From assembly GCA_041669745.1 (NCBI GenBank), contig JBAYAO010000001.1:1-40831 (forward strand): a stretch of DNA of 40,831 nt, given 5' to 3'. Position numbers and translations under genes: made by a program. Position 1 is the stretch's first letter. The number at the start of each line of letters is the position of its first letter. Shown piece after piece: positions 8,655 to 17,218 of this stretch. The notes under the pieces are model-generated. The model was not told where the DNA came from. It saw only the letters and a list, made by a program, of their open reading frames with translations, and searched no databases. Source of the stretch: Candidatus Methanomethylophilaceae archaeon. Its GTDB lineage: Archaea > Thermoplasmatota > Thermoplasmata > Methanomassiliicoccales > Methanomethylophilaceae.

Positions 8655-9344
8655 TCATCTTTTGTGTTCTTTGATCATGTTCCTGTTGAAGCTCAGATAG
8701 TTTGTTATGATCTTGCATTCGGCATTCCTCATCAACACGCTCAGGGTGGATTTGGAGCAGTGGGTCAACTTACAGAGTCCTTCGAGAGTGACACTTCTGG
8801 GTATGTCGTAGTATCCTTTTTCGTAAGCGATTCTGAGGCAATTCTCCTGTTTCTCTGTCAACACGGATTCCAGGTCCATATTGGACGTGGACAGTGTCTT
8901 CACGCCATAGCCTTCAGATCTCATCCTCATTATCAGATTGCGTATGTATGTGCTGTTCGGACCGATGATCGTCCATTCTATGTCATCATCAGAGATCGGT
9001 ATCGCAGATGTCAGGAAGCATCCGGATTCCGACAGAATACCGGCCAACATGCAGTTGTTATTCGTCACCATCGCCATGTACTGTTGATTTGAGATCTTCA
9101 TGATTTCGCATTCACCGAAAATACAGGATGGGGATGATGTATCGGTCATGTCCGTATGTTCTCCTTTCATATCCGTGATCCGGATCATGGAGCACCCTGT
9201 ACCTTTAGAGAGGAAAGAACATTGTATTATCTCCACTCTTATCCCTATATCATTGAATTGGATGGGAAGAAGCATATGACACGGGTGACCGTCCGGTGTC
9301 TTGCCGTTGATTCTCCTATCGATCAAAAGTCTCGAGCACTGCAT
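8655..9344 (-). CDS. HTH_10 (Bat/DmsR-type) transcriptional regulator
   Basis: The C-terminal LTEKQENCLRIAYEKGYYDIPRSVTLEGLCKLTHCSKSTLSVLMRNAECKI matches the HTH_10 DNA-binding domain. The true start may be an internal Met. Confidence 0.75.
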   Translation of the reverse strand: MQCSRLLIDRRINGKTPDGHPCHMLLPIQFNDIGIRVEIIQCSFLSKGTGCSMIRITDMKGEHTDMTDTSSPSCIFGECEIMKISNQQYMAMVTNNNCMLAGILSESGCFLTSAIPISDDDIEWTIIGPNSTYIRNLIMRMRSEGYGVKTLSTSNMDLESVLTEKQENCLRIAYEKGYYDIPRSVTLEGLCKLTHCSKSTLSVLMRNAECKIITNYLSFNRNMIKEHKR

Positions 9345-9387
9345 ATCCGTGAGGAAAAGAGACGATGTGGCGTTATAATGATATTCT

Positions 9388-9399
9388 CGAACATGTTCG
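9388..9399. promoter_or_regulatory. Second copy of palindrome CGAACATGTTCG, in the divergent regulator/MFS spacer
   Basis: The 15-mer CGAACATGTTCGTGA is identical to 7508-7522. TTTCCTTTTATG lies downstream for the plus-strand gene. TTATAA at 9373-9378 serves the minus-strand gene. Confidence 0.6.
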
Positions 9400-9475
9400 T
9401 GAATTTCCTTTTATGTTGTTAATCTCATGGGAGAACCAGGTTGATTTCGAAGTCTTTGCCCGACGGAGGAATCAA

Positions 9476-10771
9476 ATGACAATCGATCCTACAAAAAAGA
9501 GCAAGGTACTCAGGTACCGGTGGCTGATCTTCGGAGTGTTAGCGCTGGCTTATTTCTTCGTGTATTTCCACAGAACGACGGGCGGTGGCATATCTGATAC
9601 GATCCAGGAGTATTTCGGAGTCGGCACGGCATCCGTGGCACTATTGGCGTCCGCATATCTCTACGCGTATACGCTGATGCAGCTGCCAAGCGGTGTTCTG
9701 ACGGACAAATTGGGTCCCAGAAAGGCCGCTACGACCTTCATATTCGTGATCGCGCTCGGTTCGATATTGAGTGCGTACGCTGCGATGATAAACGATTTCA
9801 ATCTTATGGTCGCAGGCAAATTCCTGATAGGCATCGGTGCGGCCGTCGTCTACATACCCATAATGAAGATCCTGGCTGTCTGGTACAGGAAGAACGAGTT
9901 CGCATCGCTCAGCGGGATACTGCTTTTGGTGGGTAATGTCGGAGGTATCGCCGCGGCAACGCCGATGATCATGATGGTCGATTCATTGGGGCTTCAGAAC
10001 ACATATTTCGTACTGGCCGGCATCACCGTTCTCATAGCTTTACTGTGTTGGCTGATAGTCAGGAACCATCCCAGTGAAAAAGGCCTTCCGAGCATAGAGG
10101 AGATCGTCTCGGAGGAGACGGGAGAGCCGATCAGGGAATCCACATCTTCGAAGGTCCCGATGGTCAAGGCACTAAAGGACACGTTCGGAAGCGGAAGGAA
10201 ATTCTGGCCGCTCGCAATATGGTTCTTCTTCATGTACGGTACGATAATGCTTTGGCAGGCCTCACAGGCCGGATCATTCTATGGCAACGTCTACGGATTC
10301 ACAAAGTCGCAATACGGTCTCCTGATAACGATGGTCGGTGTCGGAATGGTCATAGGATGTCCGCTTGCCGGTGTACTCTCGGATAAGGTAATCCATTCCA
10401 GGAAGAAGGTCATCGAGATCGGTACGGTGATATACACCCTGATATGGGCGTTGATATGGCTGACGGCCGGGGATCTGGATTCGTGGTCGGTCAACATGGT
10501 CGTCAATTTCGCATTCGGATTCTTCGGAGGTTTCTTCGTGGTGTCCTATGCTCAGATCAAGGAGCTGTTCCCGATCGCCATGGCGGGGACATCCACTGCG
10601 GCACTGAATGTGTTTCCTTTTGCAGGAGGTGCGATATTGATCACGTTGGCGGGTTTCATAGTAAGCGACAAGACACTCGCGCAATACCAGGAGCTTTGGA
10701 TGCTGGCATTTGTCTGCATGCTGATCGCGACGGTCTGTGCGTTCCTGTCGGTGGAGAGAACAAAGGAGTGA
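9476..10771 (+). CDS. MFS transporter (12-TM type)
   Basis: The sequence is hydrophobic and multi-TM, with an MFS-like LPSGVLTDKLGPRKA loop. ATG 9476 is preferred because GGAGG lies at 9465-9469 and the promoter geometry matches the MT2 gene. Confidence 0.85.
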   Translation: MTIDPTKKSKVLRYRWLIFGVLALAYFFVYFHRTTGGGISDTIQEYFGVGTASVALLASAYLYAYTLMQLPSGVLTDKLGPRKAATTFIFVIALGSILSAYAAMINDFNLMVAGKFLIGIGAAVVYIPIMKILAVWYRKNEFASLSGILLLVGNVGGIAAATPMIMMVDSLGLQNTYFVLAGITVLIALLCWLIVRNHPSEKGLPSIEEIVSEETGEPIRESTSSKVPMVKALKDTFGSGRKFWPLAIWFFFMYGTIMLWQASQAGSFYGNVYGFTKSQYGLLITMVGVGMVIGCPLAGVLSDKVIHSRKKVIEIGTVIYTLIWALIWLTAGDLDSWSVNMVVNFAFGFFGGFFVVSYAQIKELFPIAMAGTSTAALNVFPFAGGAILITLAGFIVSDKTLAQYQELWMLAFVCMLIATVCAFLSVERTKE

Positions 10772-10820
10772 GGGAAGGATAAAATCAGACGTGTTAATCC
10801 TCAAACCGTTTAAACGGAGG

Positions 10821-10851
10821 GCGGCGGTCATCACGACCGCCGTTCCTTTTT
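10821..10851 (+). terminator. Hairpin GGCGGTC-atcac-GACCGCC followed by a T-run
   Basis: The stem is 10823-10829 paired with 10835-10841, followed by TTCCTTTTT. It lies between the convergent MFS and zinc-ribbon genes. Confidence 0.45.
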
Positions 10852-10871
10852 CATTACTGGTCGGGACAGGA

Positions 10872-11060
10872 TCAAAGGAGGTCGTCGGGGATGATGGGTT
10901 TGCCTTCCGCCTTCCTCTTCATATGTCCGCCGGGTCCGCCCCGTTCTATCCTGGCCTTTTCAATGCACTCGGGGTCGTCGCATACGAACGCGGCAAAGAC
11001 GAAATTGGTCGATTTCTTGCCGCAGAACTGACATTTGTAATCGTCGAAATCTATCGCCAT
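10872..11060 (-). CDS. Small zinc-ribbon-like protein (62 aa)
   Basis: The pattern CQFC...CDDPEC suggests a 4-Cys metal site, and the C-terminal tail is basic. No family could be assigned. Confidence 0.5.
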   Translation of the reverse strand: MAIDFDDYKCQFCGKKSTNFVFAAFVCDDPECIEKARIERGGPGGHMKRKAEGKPIIPDDLL

Positions 11061-11143
11061 GATGACCTTGATCGACTATGTCCGATTAATCTTTTGTCAT
11101 AGGATATTAGTATCAAGGACCGCGATGACGGCAAGCGATAATC

Positions 11144-11479
11144 ATGGCCGTTGTCGTTGTCAAGATGAAATTTTGCAATAAGACGCATAAGATAACCGTA
11201 AAACAGAAGGACGACGGCGATTTCTCGCTCCATATAGCGACGGATTGCCCTGATGTGAAGGATTATGCAAAGAGTCTAGGGGACACACTGACCATGGACG
11301 ATCTTACGGATTTCTCGACCAGCAGGATCTTCGATTTCGAGAACTGCAAAACGATAACGATGACGTGCCTGGCACCCAACGGTGTCATAAATGCTGCATG
11401 GTTGGAAGCGGGTATGCTGTCGAAATCGCGTGCCAAAGAGGTCGGTGAGAACGTGGTGAGTTTCGAGAAGGTGGAGTGA
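11144..11479 (+). CDS. Hypothetical protein (111 aa, 4 Cys)
   Basis: This is a clean ORF. Its stop overlaps the next start (TGATG). I recognise no motif. Confidence 0.55.
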   Translation: MAVVVVKMKFCNKTHKITVKQKDDGDFSLHIATDCPDVKDYAKSLGDTLTMDDLTDFSTSRIFDFENCKTITMTCLAPNGVINAAWLEAGMLSKSRAKEVGENVVSFEKVE

Positions 11480-11667
11480 TGGAAGGGAGGAAGCGATGCC
11501 TCTGGCATGCAGCAGACGGAAGATGCGCCTGTTGTAAGGCGAAGCGTATTCGTCTCGATGTTCTGAAACTACCTGACTACGAGGTATGCGTGGCAGATAG
11601 GGATTATCCCACGTGTGAGTTCTTTAAGGAAAAGCCCGTTGTACCGAAGGATGAACATGGATCCTGA
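11479..11667 (+). CDS. Cys-rich small protein (62 aa)
   Basis: The translation contains CLWHAADGRCACC...C...C, six Cys in total. It overlaps both neighbouring ORFs. GTG 11476 is an alternative start. Confidence 0.5.
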   Translation: MEGRKRCLWHAADGRCACCKAKRIRLDVLKLPDYEVCVADRDYPTCEFFKEKPVVPKDEHGS

Positions 11668-12133
11668 CACAGAGAAATGGCTTGCAGACCTTGAAGATGA
11701 TCTCAGGAAGAAGAAAGACCGTTCCGACGTATTGGACGAGCTGTTCCAGCTGACATTCATGGGCGATGCGGAGATAAGGCAGAAAGCATCATGGTGTGTT
11801 GCGAAGATGGGTCAGAACAAGGTCTCCGACATGCATATCCTGGACATACTGGTGCCTTTGGCTGACGATGAGGACGATACCGTCCGTGAGAATGTCGCAT
11901 GGGGAATCGGCGAGGTGACCGGCGCAGGGATAGGCGACGAACGTTCCATAGAAACGATCGTCAGACTTCTGGATGACGATATCACCGACGTCAGGGGAAT
12001 GGCAGCATGGGCTGCGGGACGTTTGAAACATAAGCTTAAACTTACGAGCAAGCATCTCGACGCAAAACTTACGTCTATGTCCGAGGATCCGTCGGAATTC
12101 GTAAGGAAGTCCGTATCGTTCGCACTGGAATGA
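11651..12133 (+). CDS. HEAT-repeat protein (PBS-lyase HEAT-like)
   Basis: Three repeats fit the form D(D/E)xxxVRxxxAWxxG: DDEDDTVRENVAWGIGEV, DDDITDVRGMAAWAAGRL and EDPSEFVRKSVSFALE. Confidence 0.75.
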   Translation: MNMDPDTEKWLADLEDDLRKKKDRSDVLDELFQLTFMGDAEIRQKASWCVAKMGQNKVSDMHILDILVPLADDEDDTVRENVAWGIGEVTGAGIGDERSIETIVRLLDDDITDVRGMAAWAAGRLKHKLKLTSKHLDAKLTSMSEDPSEFVRKSVSFALE

Positions 12134-12157
12134 GAAAAGGTTATTTCTGCTGATGCG

Positions 12158-13132
12158 GTGACGTATTCTATGATCGAATACGCGAACGAGAGAATATCCG
12201 CGTTCAGGAAGATCAATCTGGTCTTCAGGTTCAGCTACACTCTTCCATTTCTCATGGCATCGATGTGCGGTGTCCTGTTCGCTTTGCCGTATGGTCCGCC
12301 TGTATATGTGGCCATTCTTATACCGGCTGTCGTGTTGATCCTTGCGGTGTTCGTAAATTTCTCCAACGATTATTTCGATCACGGTTCGGGGGTCGACATG
12401 ATGAGATTCGAGGCCGTGAAGGAGGAAATGACGGATGACAGGATGTTGAGAAAACTCTACTGGGAAGGAAACCAGTTCGATACAGGAATGGTCAGCGAAA
12501 GACAAGGCAGGATGGTGATGACCGTACTTGCGGCCGTGGCCGTTCTTATGTCCGTCCCAGTGATCATATACGGCGGTCGAGAGGTCGTTCTCTTCGGAAT
12601 GATCGGTCTTTTCATCACATATTTCTACACCGCACCACCAATCAATCTGGGTGCAAGGGGACTGGGAGAACTGGCCGTGGGAATCTCGTTTTTCATGATG
12701 GTACTCTGTTCGTTCTACGTACTGACAGGAACATACACGTCAGAGATCGTTCTGTTCTCCTTGGCAGTCGGTATGATAGTGGGATTGATGCGTATGGTGG
12801 ATTCCATGTCCGCTCAGGATGCGCACATCAGGAACCACGAGATGAGCATTTCCGTATATCTCGGCATAGACGGGACGATACCTGTGATAAAGACGGTGAT
12901 AGTAACAGCGTACATGATTTTCGTCTGTCTGATCTATTTCAATCTCCTGTATGCGCTCCTGTTGCTGACGGTACCTATTATGATGAAGGCGTGGAGGATC
13001 ATGAGCGAAAAGGAGTTCAGGTGGGAATTCAAGGCCATTCCGTATTTCTTCGGTCTGTCTGTGTTCACGGAGGCATTGTTCATCGTCGTCACACTCATCA
13101 CGGTGTCGTTAGGCGGGCCGGTCCTTCTGTGA
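12158..13132 (+). CDS. UbiA-superfamily prenyltransferase, MenA-like
   Basis: The protein has about 8-9 hydrophobic segments. The first Asp-rich motif is NDYFDHGSGVD (compare MenA NDYxDxxxGxD). A second acidic patch reads VDSMSAQD. The start is GTG 12158 or ATG 12170. Confidence 0.8.
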   Translation: MTYSMIEYANERISAFRKINLVFRFSYTLPFLMASMCGVLFALPYGPPVYVAILIPAVVLILAVFVNFSNDYFDHGSGVDMMRFEAVKEEMTDDRMLRKLYWEGNQFDTGMVSERQGRMVMTVLAAVAVLMSVPVIIYGGREVVLFGMIGLFITYFYTAPPINLGARGLGELAVGISFFMMVLCSFYVLTGTYTSEIVLFSLAVGMIVGLMRMVDSMSAQDAHIRNHEMSISVYLGIDGTIPVIKTVIVTAYMIFVCLIYFNLLYALLLLTVPIMMKAWRIMSEKEFRWEFKAIPYFFGLSVFTEALFIVVTLITVSLGGPVLL

Positions 13133-14167
13133 TCATTTCGACATCGCGAAGATGGACGACATCTCCATTATGGTGGACGGACTTCCCTTGTCGACCAAGT
13201 AATACTCCCTCACAGCTGCGTAACCGCAGTGTCTGCAGGAATCAGTACCTGTCATCGGGCATCCCGATACGTGCATCCCGTCGGGCAGAACGAAAGCGGA
13301 CACGTATCTCGGACATCTTCCGTCCCAATCCTCGGTCGTCATCAGTTTCAGTCCTTTTCTTGAATTGAGGATCGGGAAACCTTCGTCCTTTAGCGTTCGG
13401 ATCTCCTCAACGGCCTTCTCCTTTTCTTCGATCGATGGCATTAGCTCGTACGGCGGAGGGGTGATGAAATTGTACACTATTCCGGAGAGCGCCGGATGAT
13501 CCCTGACGATCTGTGCCGTTTCACGTATGGATTCCAGATTTCCCTTCTGGAGGACCATGTTGGCGTAAACGGTGCCGTCGAAATTCAACCCATCGACGGT
13601 ATCCATGAGCTTATCGAACGTACCTTCTCCACGGACGAAATCGTGAATCTCCTTTGGGCCGTCAAGGCTTACCGAGATGACATCCGAATTCGTGAATATC
13701 CTGCCGGTGGTTCCGTTCGTCGTGTATCCTACATTGAAATAGCCCATCTCCTTGGCGGCATCGATCACATCCCCGAGGTCCTTATCGCCGTCCCTCCAGA
13801 GTGTCGTTTCACCGCCCTCGAAATAGACGATCTTCGTTCCCTGGTCGTGGCGCATCCTCATATCCTCGACTATGTCGTCATAGGAAAGGGAGACCCTCTT
13901 CTCAGGGAACGCTTCGAGCATCCCCGCGATCGCGCAATGTCTGCATCTCAGGTTACATCCGTAGTGGATGCACATCGTGTTAACCAACGGTACCCTTTTT
14001 CCAAGTTTTGCCAGTATCCACCATTTGGCGTAACCGAAGAATTGGGACGTCGTGCTCATAGTTGCGGAACGGCAAGACGATATAAAGAAATTCTCCAGTC
14101 CTGCCCGGGGAATATAATGGCGGTGGGCCAGCCGGAACAGCGCATCGCACAAGTCAGATGATAACAT
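13133..14167 (-). CDS. Radical SAM enzyme with C-terminal Cys cluster
   Basis: The translation shows CNLRCRHC (CxxxCxxC), FEGGETTLW (GGE motif) and a C-terminal CPRY...GCPMTGTDSCRHCGY. An alternative start lies at 14059. The stop abuts the prenyltransferase stop (TGATCA). Confidence 0.85.
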   Translation of the reverse strand: MLSSDLCDALFRLAHRHYIPRAGLENFFISSCRSATMSTTSQFFGYAKWWILAKLGKRVPLVNTMCIHYGCNLRCRHCAIAGMLEAFPEKRVSLSYDDIVEDMRMRHDQGTKIVYFEGGETTLWRDGDKDLGDVIDAAKEMGYFNVGYTTNGTTGRIFTNSDVISVSLDGPKEIHDFVRGEGTFDKLMDTVDGLNFDGTVYANMVLQKGNLESIRETAQIVRDHPALSGIVYNFITPPPYELMPSIEEKEKAVEEIRTLKDEGFPILNSRKGLKLMTTEDWDGRCPRYVSAFVLPDGMHVSGCPMTGTDSCRHCGYAAVREYYLVDKGSPSTIMEMSSIFAMSK

Positions 14168-14349
14168 TTTGAAGTAAGTTTTCAGGAGGTCTGTATAAGT
14201 CAGTCACTCGACTACTTTCATTTTTTTCCAACTGCTGTTGGTCGTGTGTTAATTCTCACAAAATGCAATCATGCGATAAAAGGTATCCACGGGTAATATA
14301 CTTGTGAACAGTAGATGGATGTCATCCTTTTACCATGTATGGTCTCAGA

Positions 14350-15174
14350 TCATTTTTCCCAATACATCGTGGCAACGGTTGCGTTGATCTGATCGGATAT
14401 TATGCCATCCCTGACCAGAGACCTCAGGTATTCCTTAACGTCGGCGGTTTCGCTTTCGCTAATCTGTTTTTCTGTCATTATCCTCCCAAGATAGTACGAA
14501 CATGCATCCTCAAATGACTGATTCATGGGCCAGGTCTGTTTTTCGTAATGGAGTTTCGGTGAATAGCCTTTATGCAGAAGTATGTCGAGCATATACGAAA
14601 AGTTGCTGTCGCAGCTCGTGCCCTTTATATTGCAATCAGTCATCTCCTGAATCTGCTGCATGACCGGCTCAACCATCCTGATCGGACTGCAGACCGCACA
14701 GAACCGTCTTGATGCGTCATTGAACTTCTCGAAAGTATCGACATCGCAGATGGCCGGTGTATTGTGTGCAAACACCAGATCGTAACGCTCTCTCATTCCC
14801 TTCTGTGCGAGATCAACGGTATTCCAGTCCATCAGTTCAAAGGAGATGTTATCCATATTGGACTCCCCTATCATTCTGTTCCCGTGAGCAATCATCTTCG
14901 GGGCTATATCAAGTCCCGTTACCGTGTGAACTCCTTCGGCGAGTGCGATCGAATAAATGCCCACACCGCAACCGATGTCCAGTACGTCAAAGTTCTTATC
15001 GAGCATGTGCTCCTGTTCCAAAAGTTTCAGAAAATCATCATATATGTGATGATAGGTCGGATCCTCCGCCTGCGAATCCCATAAACGCACATCTGTTTCA
15101 ACGTCTCTGTTTTTTATTGCCCAGTTTTTTCTTATATCTTCGATTTTCAAATCAATCAACTCCTGTATGTTCAA
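14350..15174 (-). CDS. Class I SAM-dependent methyltransferase
   Basis: SAM motif I is VLDIGCGVGIYS, followed by an acidic GLD (motif II). The ORF has 274 codons. Confidence 0.85.
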   Translation of the reverse strand: MNIQELIDLKIEDIRKNWAIKNRDVETDVRLWDSQAEDPTYHHIYDDFLKLLEQEHMLDKNFDVLDIGCGVGIYSIALAEGVHTVTGLDIAPKMIAHGNRMIGESNMDNISFELMDWNTVDLAQKGMRERYDLVFAHNTPAICDVDTFEKFNDASRRFCAVCSPIRMVEPVMQQIQEMTDCNIKGTSCDSNFSYMLDILLHKGYSPKLHYEKQTWPMNQSFEDACSYYLGRIMTEKQISESETADVKEYLRSLVRDGIISDQINATVATMYWEK

Positions 15175-15532
15175 TACAACGAGACAGCGTCCTTACGATT
15201 GAATCTGATCCATCAGTCCTTTGTATGGTCGGATTCCACGCAGAAAATGCCGGTTGGCAACCGATGGAATAAGAATGTCCATCAGCGTTGATAAGAAGCG
15301 GTTCGATTCGATCTTCAGGCGTATCGACGGTAGCGATGCGTTCCGGATGGATTGGACCCCTGATGATATCGATTGCAGGTATCAGCGGAACGTCAGATGG
15401 AAGGCTTTTTGTTTTTTCGGTCGGTTTTTCTTCCTGCTCCTTAAAAATATTGCCAACGGAAGGTGTCTCTTTTTTCTTCATTGTATGTTTCATAGATTCA
15501 AATCTGTATGAGATGGTTCTTCCATGCATCAT
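15152..15532 (-). CDS. Hypothetical protein (up to 126 aa)
   Basis: This ORF overlaps the methyltransferase start by 23 nt. The N-terminal region is Lys/Glu-rich. No motif was recognised and the start is uncertain. Confidence 0.4.
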   Translation of the reverse strand: MMHGRTISYRFESMKHTMKKKETPSVGNIFKEQEEKPTEKTKSLPSDVPLIPAIDIIRGPIHPERIATVDTPEDRIEPLLINADGHSYSIGCQPAFSAWNPTIQRTDGSDSIVRTLSRCIEHTGVD

Positions 15533-15773
15533 CGAATCATACGTATATGAATTAAATATGATAATACTTTCTGACGAAAAGTGTTACTATAGCACAACTA
15601 CATTTACAGCTACATTTCTCCTGTAAGATAAGAACGATGGGCTGAATCAGGATAGCGCGCAGACCAGGTCAAATGATAAAATGTTAAGACCGACGTATTG
15701 GCATCGTGAAAATGTCAATCATTATGGCGCGCATGCAACACGAGTCCAAAAACACTCGTCTGGATGGGAGATG

Positions 15774-15849
15774 TGGTGGGCCCAGCCGGATTTGAACCGG
15801 CGACCTTCACCATGTCAAGGTGACGTCATAACCCCTAGACCATGAGCCC
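15774..15849 (-). tRNA. tRNA-Val (anticodon GAC), CCA encoded
   Basis: The reverse complement is GGGCTCATGGTCTAGGGGTTATGACGTCACCTTGACATGGTGAAGGTCGCCGGTTCAAATCCGGCTGGGCCCACCA. The anticodon stem is TCACC/GGTGA and the loop is TTGACAT. Confidence 0.92.
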
Positions 15850-15993
15850 GTGGTCTCTGAGATACACTTCTTATTATTATATCTTACTACCTCGTGTGTC
15901 TGGGGATATGACGGACTGGCAGTTGGCGTTTGGGGACACGATTTCAGTGTCGGTCTCGATAAGATATTAATCGTCAACGCCGATGCCCCGGGC

Positions 15994-16233
15994 ATGGTAG
16001 AGATCAAACTGTTCACGAAAAACAATTGCGGTAAGTGCGATCACGTCAAAGAGAGACTGCCTAAAAATCTCAAGATAGAGGTCTTGAACGTCGATACGGT
16101 CGACGGATTGGCAGAAGGGGCGTACTATGAGGTCCTTGACAAGGGTTTTCCGGTCCTCGTTGTCGATGATGAAAGGGTCGCAGAGGATGCGGTTCCCGTT
16201 CTGAAGAAGCTCACAGAGCTCGCAGGTCAGTAA
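15994..16233 (+). CDS. Small thioredoxin/glutaredoxin-like protein (CGKC active site)
   Basis: An internal Met of ORF 15850..16233 gives [20 protein letters not shown]...FPVLVVDD, a thioredoxin-fold pattern. A TATA-like GATATTAA lies about 25 nt upstream. Confidence 0.7.
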   Translation: MVEIKLFTKNNCGKCDHVKERLPKNLKIEVLNVDTVDGLAEGAYYEVLDKGFPVLVVDDERVAEDAVPVLKKLTELAGQ

Positions 16234-16234
16234 G

Positions 16235-17218
16235 ATGATAACACTCGGTATCGAAGGTACGGCACATACTCTGGGGATAGGGATAGTGGATACCGAGAGG
16301 AAAGTGTTGGCAAATGTTCTTGATATGTACAAACCGGCCGAGGGGGGACTGCACCCCAGAGAAGCCGCGAATCATCACGCGGATGTCGTTGCGCCCCTCA
16401 TCGTAAAGGCAACTGAAGAGGCGGGTGTCTCGTTGAAGGAAGTGGACCTGGTATCATTTTCGAAAGGTCCGGGATTGGGACCGTGTCTCAGGGTCGCGGC
16501 GACCGCGGCACGGTCCTTGTCACTGAGGATGGGTGTGCCGATAATGGGTGTCAATCACTGTATCGCGCATATCGAGATAGGAAGGGCCACGACCGGATGC
16601 AGGGATCCAGCGCTACTGTACGCCTCCGGCGGGAATACCCAGATAATCGCGTTCGCGAACGGTAAATATCGTATTTTCGGTGAAACACTGGATGTTGGCA
16701 TAGGCAACATGTTCGATAAACTCGGAAGGGATCTCGGGCTCGGCTATTATGCTGGACCCGTGATCGAAAAGCTTGCCAAAGAGGGAGACAGGCTTCTTGA
16801 GCTGCCGTATTCGGTGAAAGGCATGGACATATCGTTCTCCGGTATAATGACGGCGGCATTGGCCCTAAAGAGAAAAGGGTACCGGCTGGAAGATATAGCT
16901 TTCTCGGTCCAGGAGACGTGTTTCGGTATGCTCGTCGAGGTCACGGAGAGGGCGATGGCGCATGTTGGCAAGGACGAAGTGCTTCTGGGCGGAGGTGTTG
17001 CACAGAACGCACGTCTCAGAGAGATGATACAGGAGATGGCGGAAGAACGCGGAGCACGGATGTTCGTCCCGGAGAGGAAGCTATGCGTGGACAACGGTGC
17101 GATGATCGCGTGGTTGGGGAATCTGATGTATCTGTCCGGAACGAGGATGACGATCGGCGATACGGCGATAGAACAGAGATTCAGGACCGATGAAGTGAAG
17201 GTCACTTGGCGGAGCTGA
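16235..17218 (+). CDS. kae1: tRNA N6-adenosine threonylcarbamoyltransferase Kae1
   Basis: The translation shows [35 protein letters not shown] and a C-terminal VDNGAMIA. No Bud32 domain is fused. Confidence 0.92.
   Translation: MITLGIEGTAHTLGIGIVDTERKVLANVLDMYKPAEGGLHPREAANHHADVVAPLIVKATEEAGVSLKEVDLVSFSKGPGLGPCLRVAATAARSLSLRMGVPIMGVNHCIAHIEIGRATTGCRDPALLYASGGNTQIIAFANGKYRIFGETLDVGIGNMFDKLGRDLGLGYYAGPVIEKLAKEGDRLLELPYSVKGMDISFSGIMTAALALKRKGYRLEDIAFSVQETCFGMLVEVTERAMAHVGKDEVLLGGGVAQNARLREMIQEMAEERGARMFVPERKLCVDNGAMIAWLGNLMYLSGTRMTIGDTAIEQRFRTDEVKVTWRS

Noticed and set aside
9365-9475. ORF 9365..10771 has a 37-codon extension upstream of the MFS transporter start.
   Set aside because: The extension covers the palindrome and the TATA-like promoter elements. 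GGAGG precedes ATG 9476, and the geometry matches the MT2 promoter.
11789-14161. Long antisense ORFs lie opposite the HEAT/prenyltransferase genes (11789..12505, 11812..12216) and the radical SAM gene (13496..14161).
   Set aside because: The opposing frames have clear domain signatures. The antisense frames are low-complexity shadow ORFs.
15533-15773. The 240-nt AT-rich spacer might hold a box C/D sRNA or other ncRNA. It contains ATGATAA- and ATGATTGA-like elements and a hairpin ACGAGT-n8-ACTCGT at about 15740-15759.
   Set aside because: I found no proper RUGAUGA ... CUGA pair at sRNA spacing and no C'/D' boxes. The hairpin may simply be a tRNA-Val terminator. The evidence is insufficient.
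16706-16715. AACATGTTCG inside kae1 matches 10 of the 12 palindrome positions.
   Set aside because: It lies within coding sequence, lacks the flanking 15-mer and TATA context, and is consistent with a chance match.
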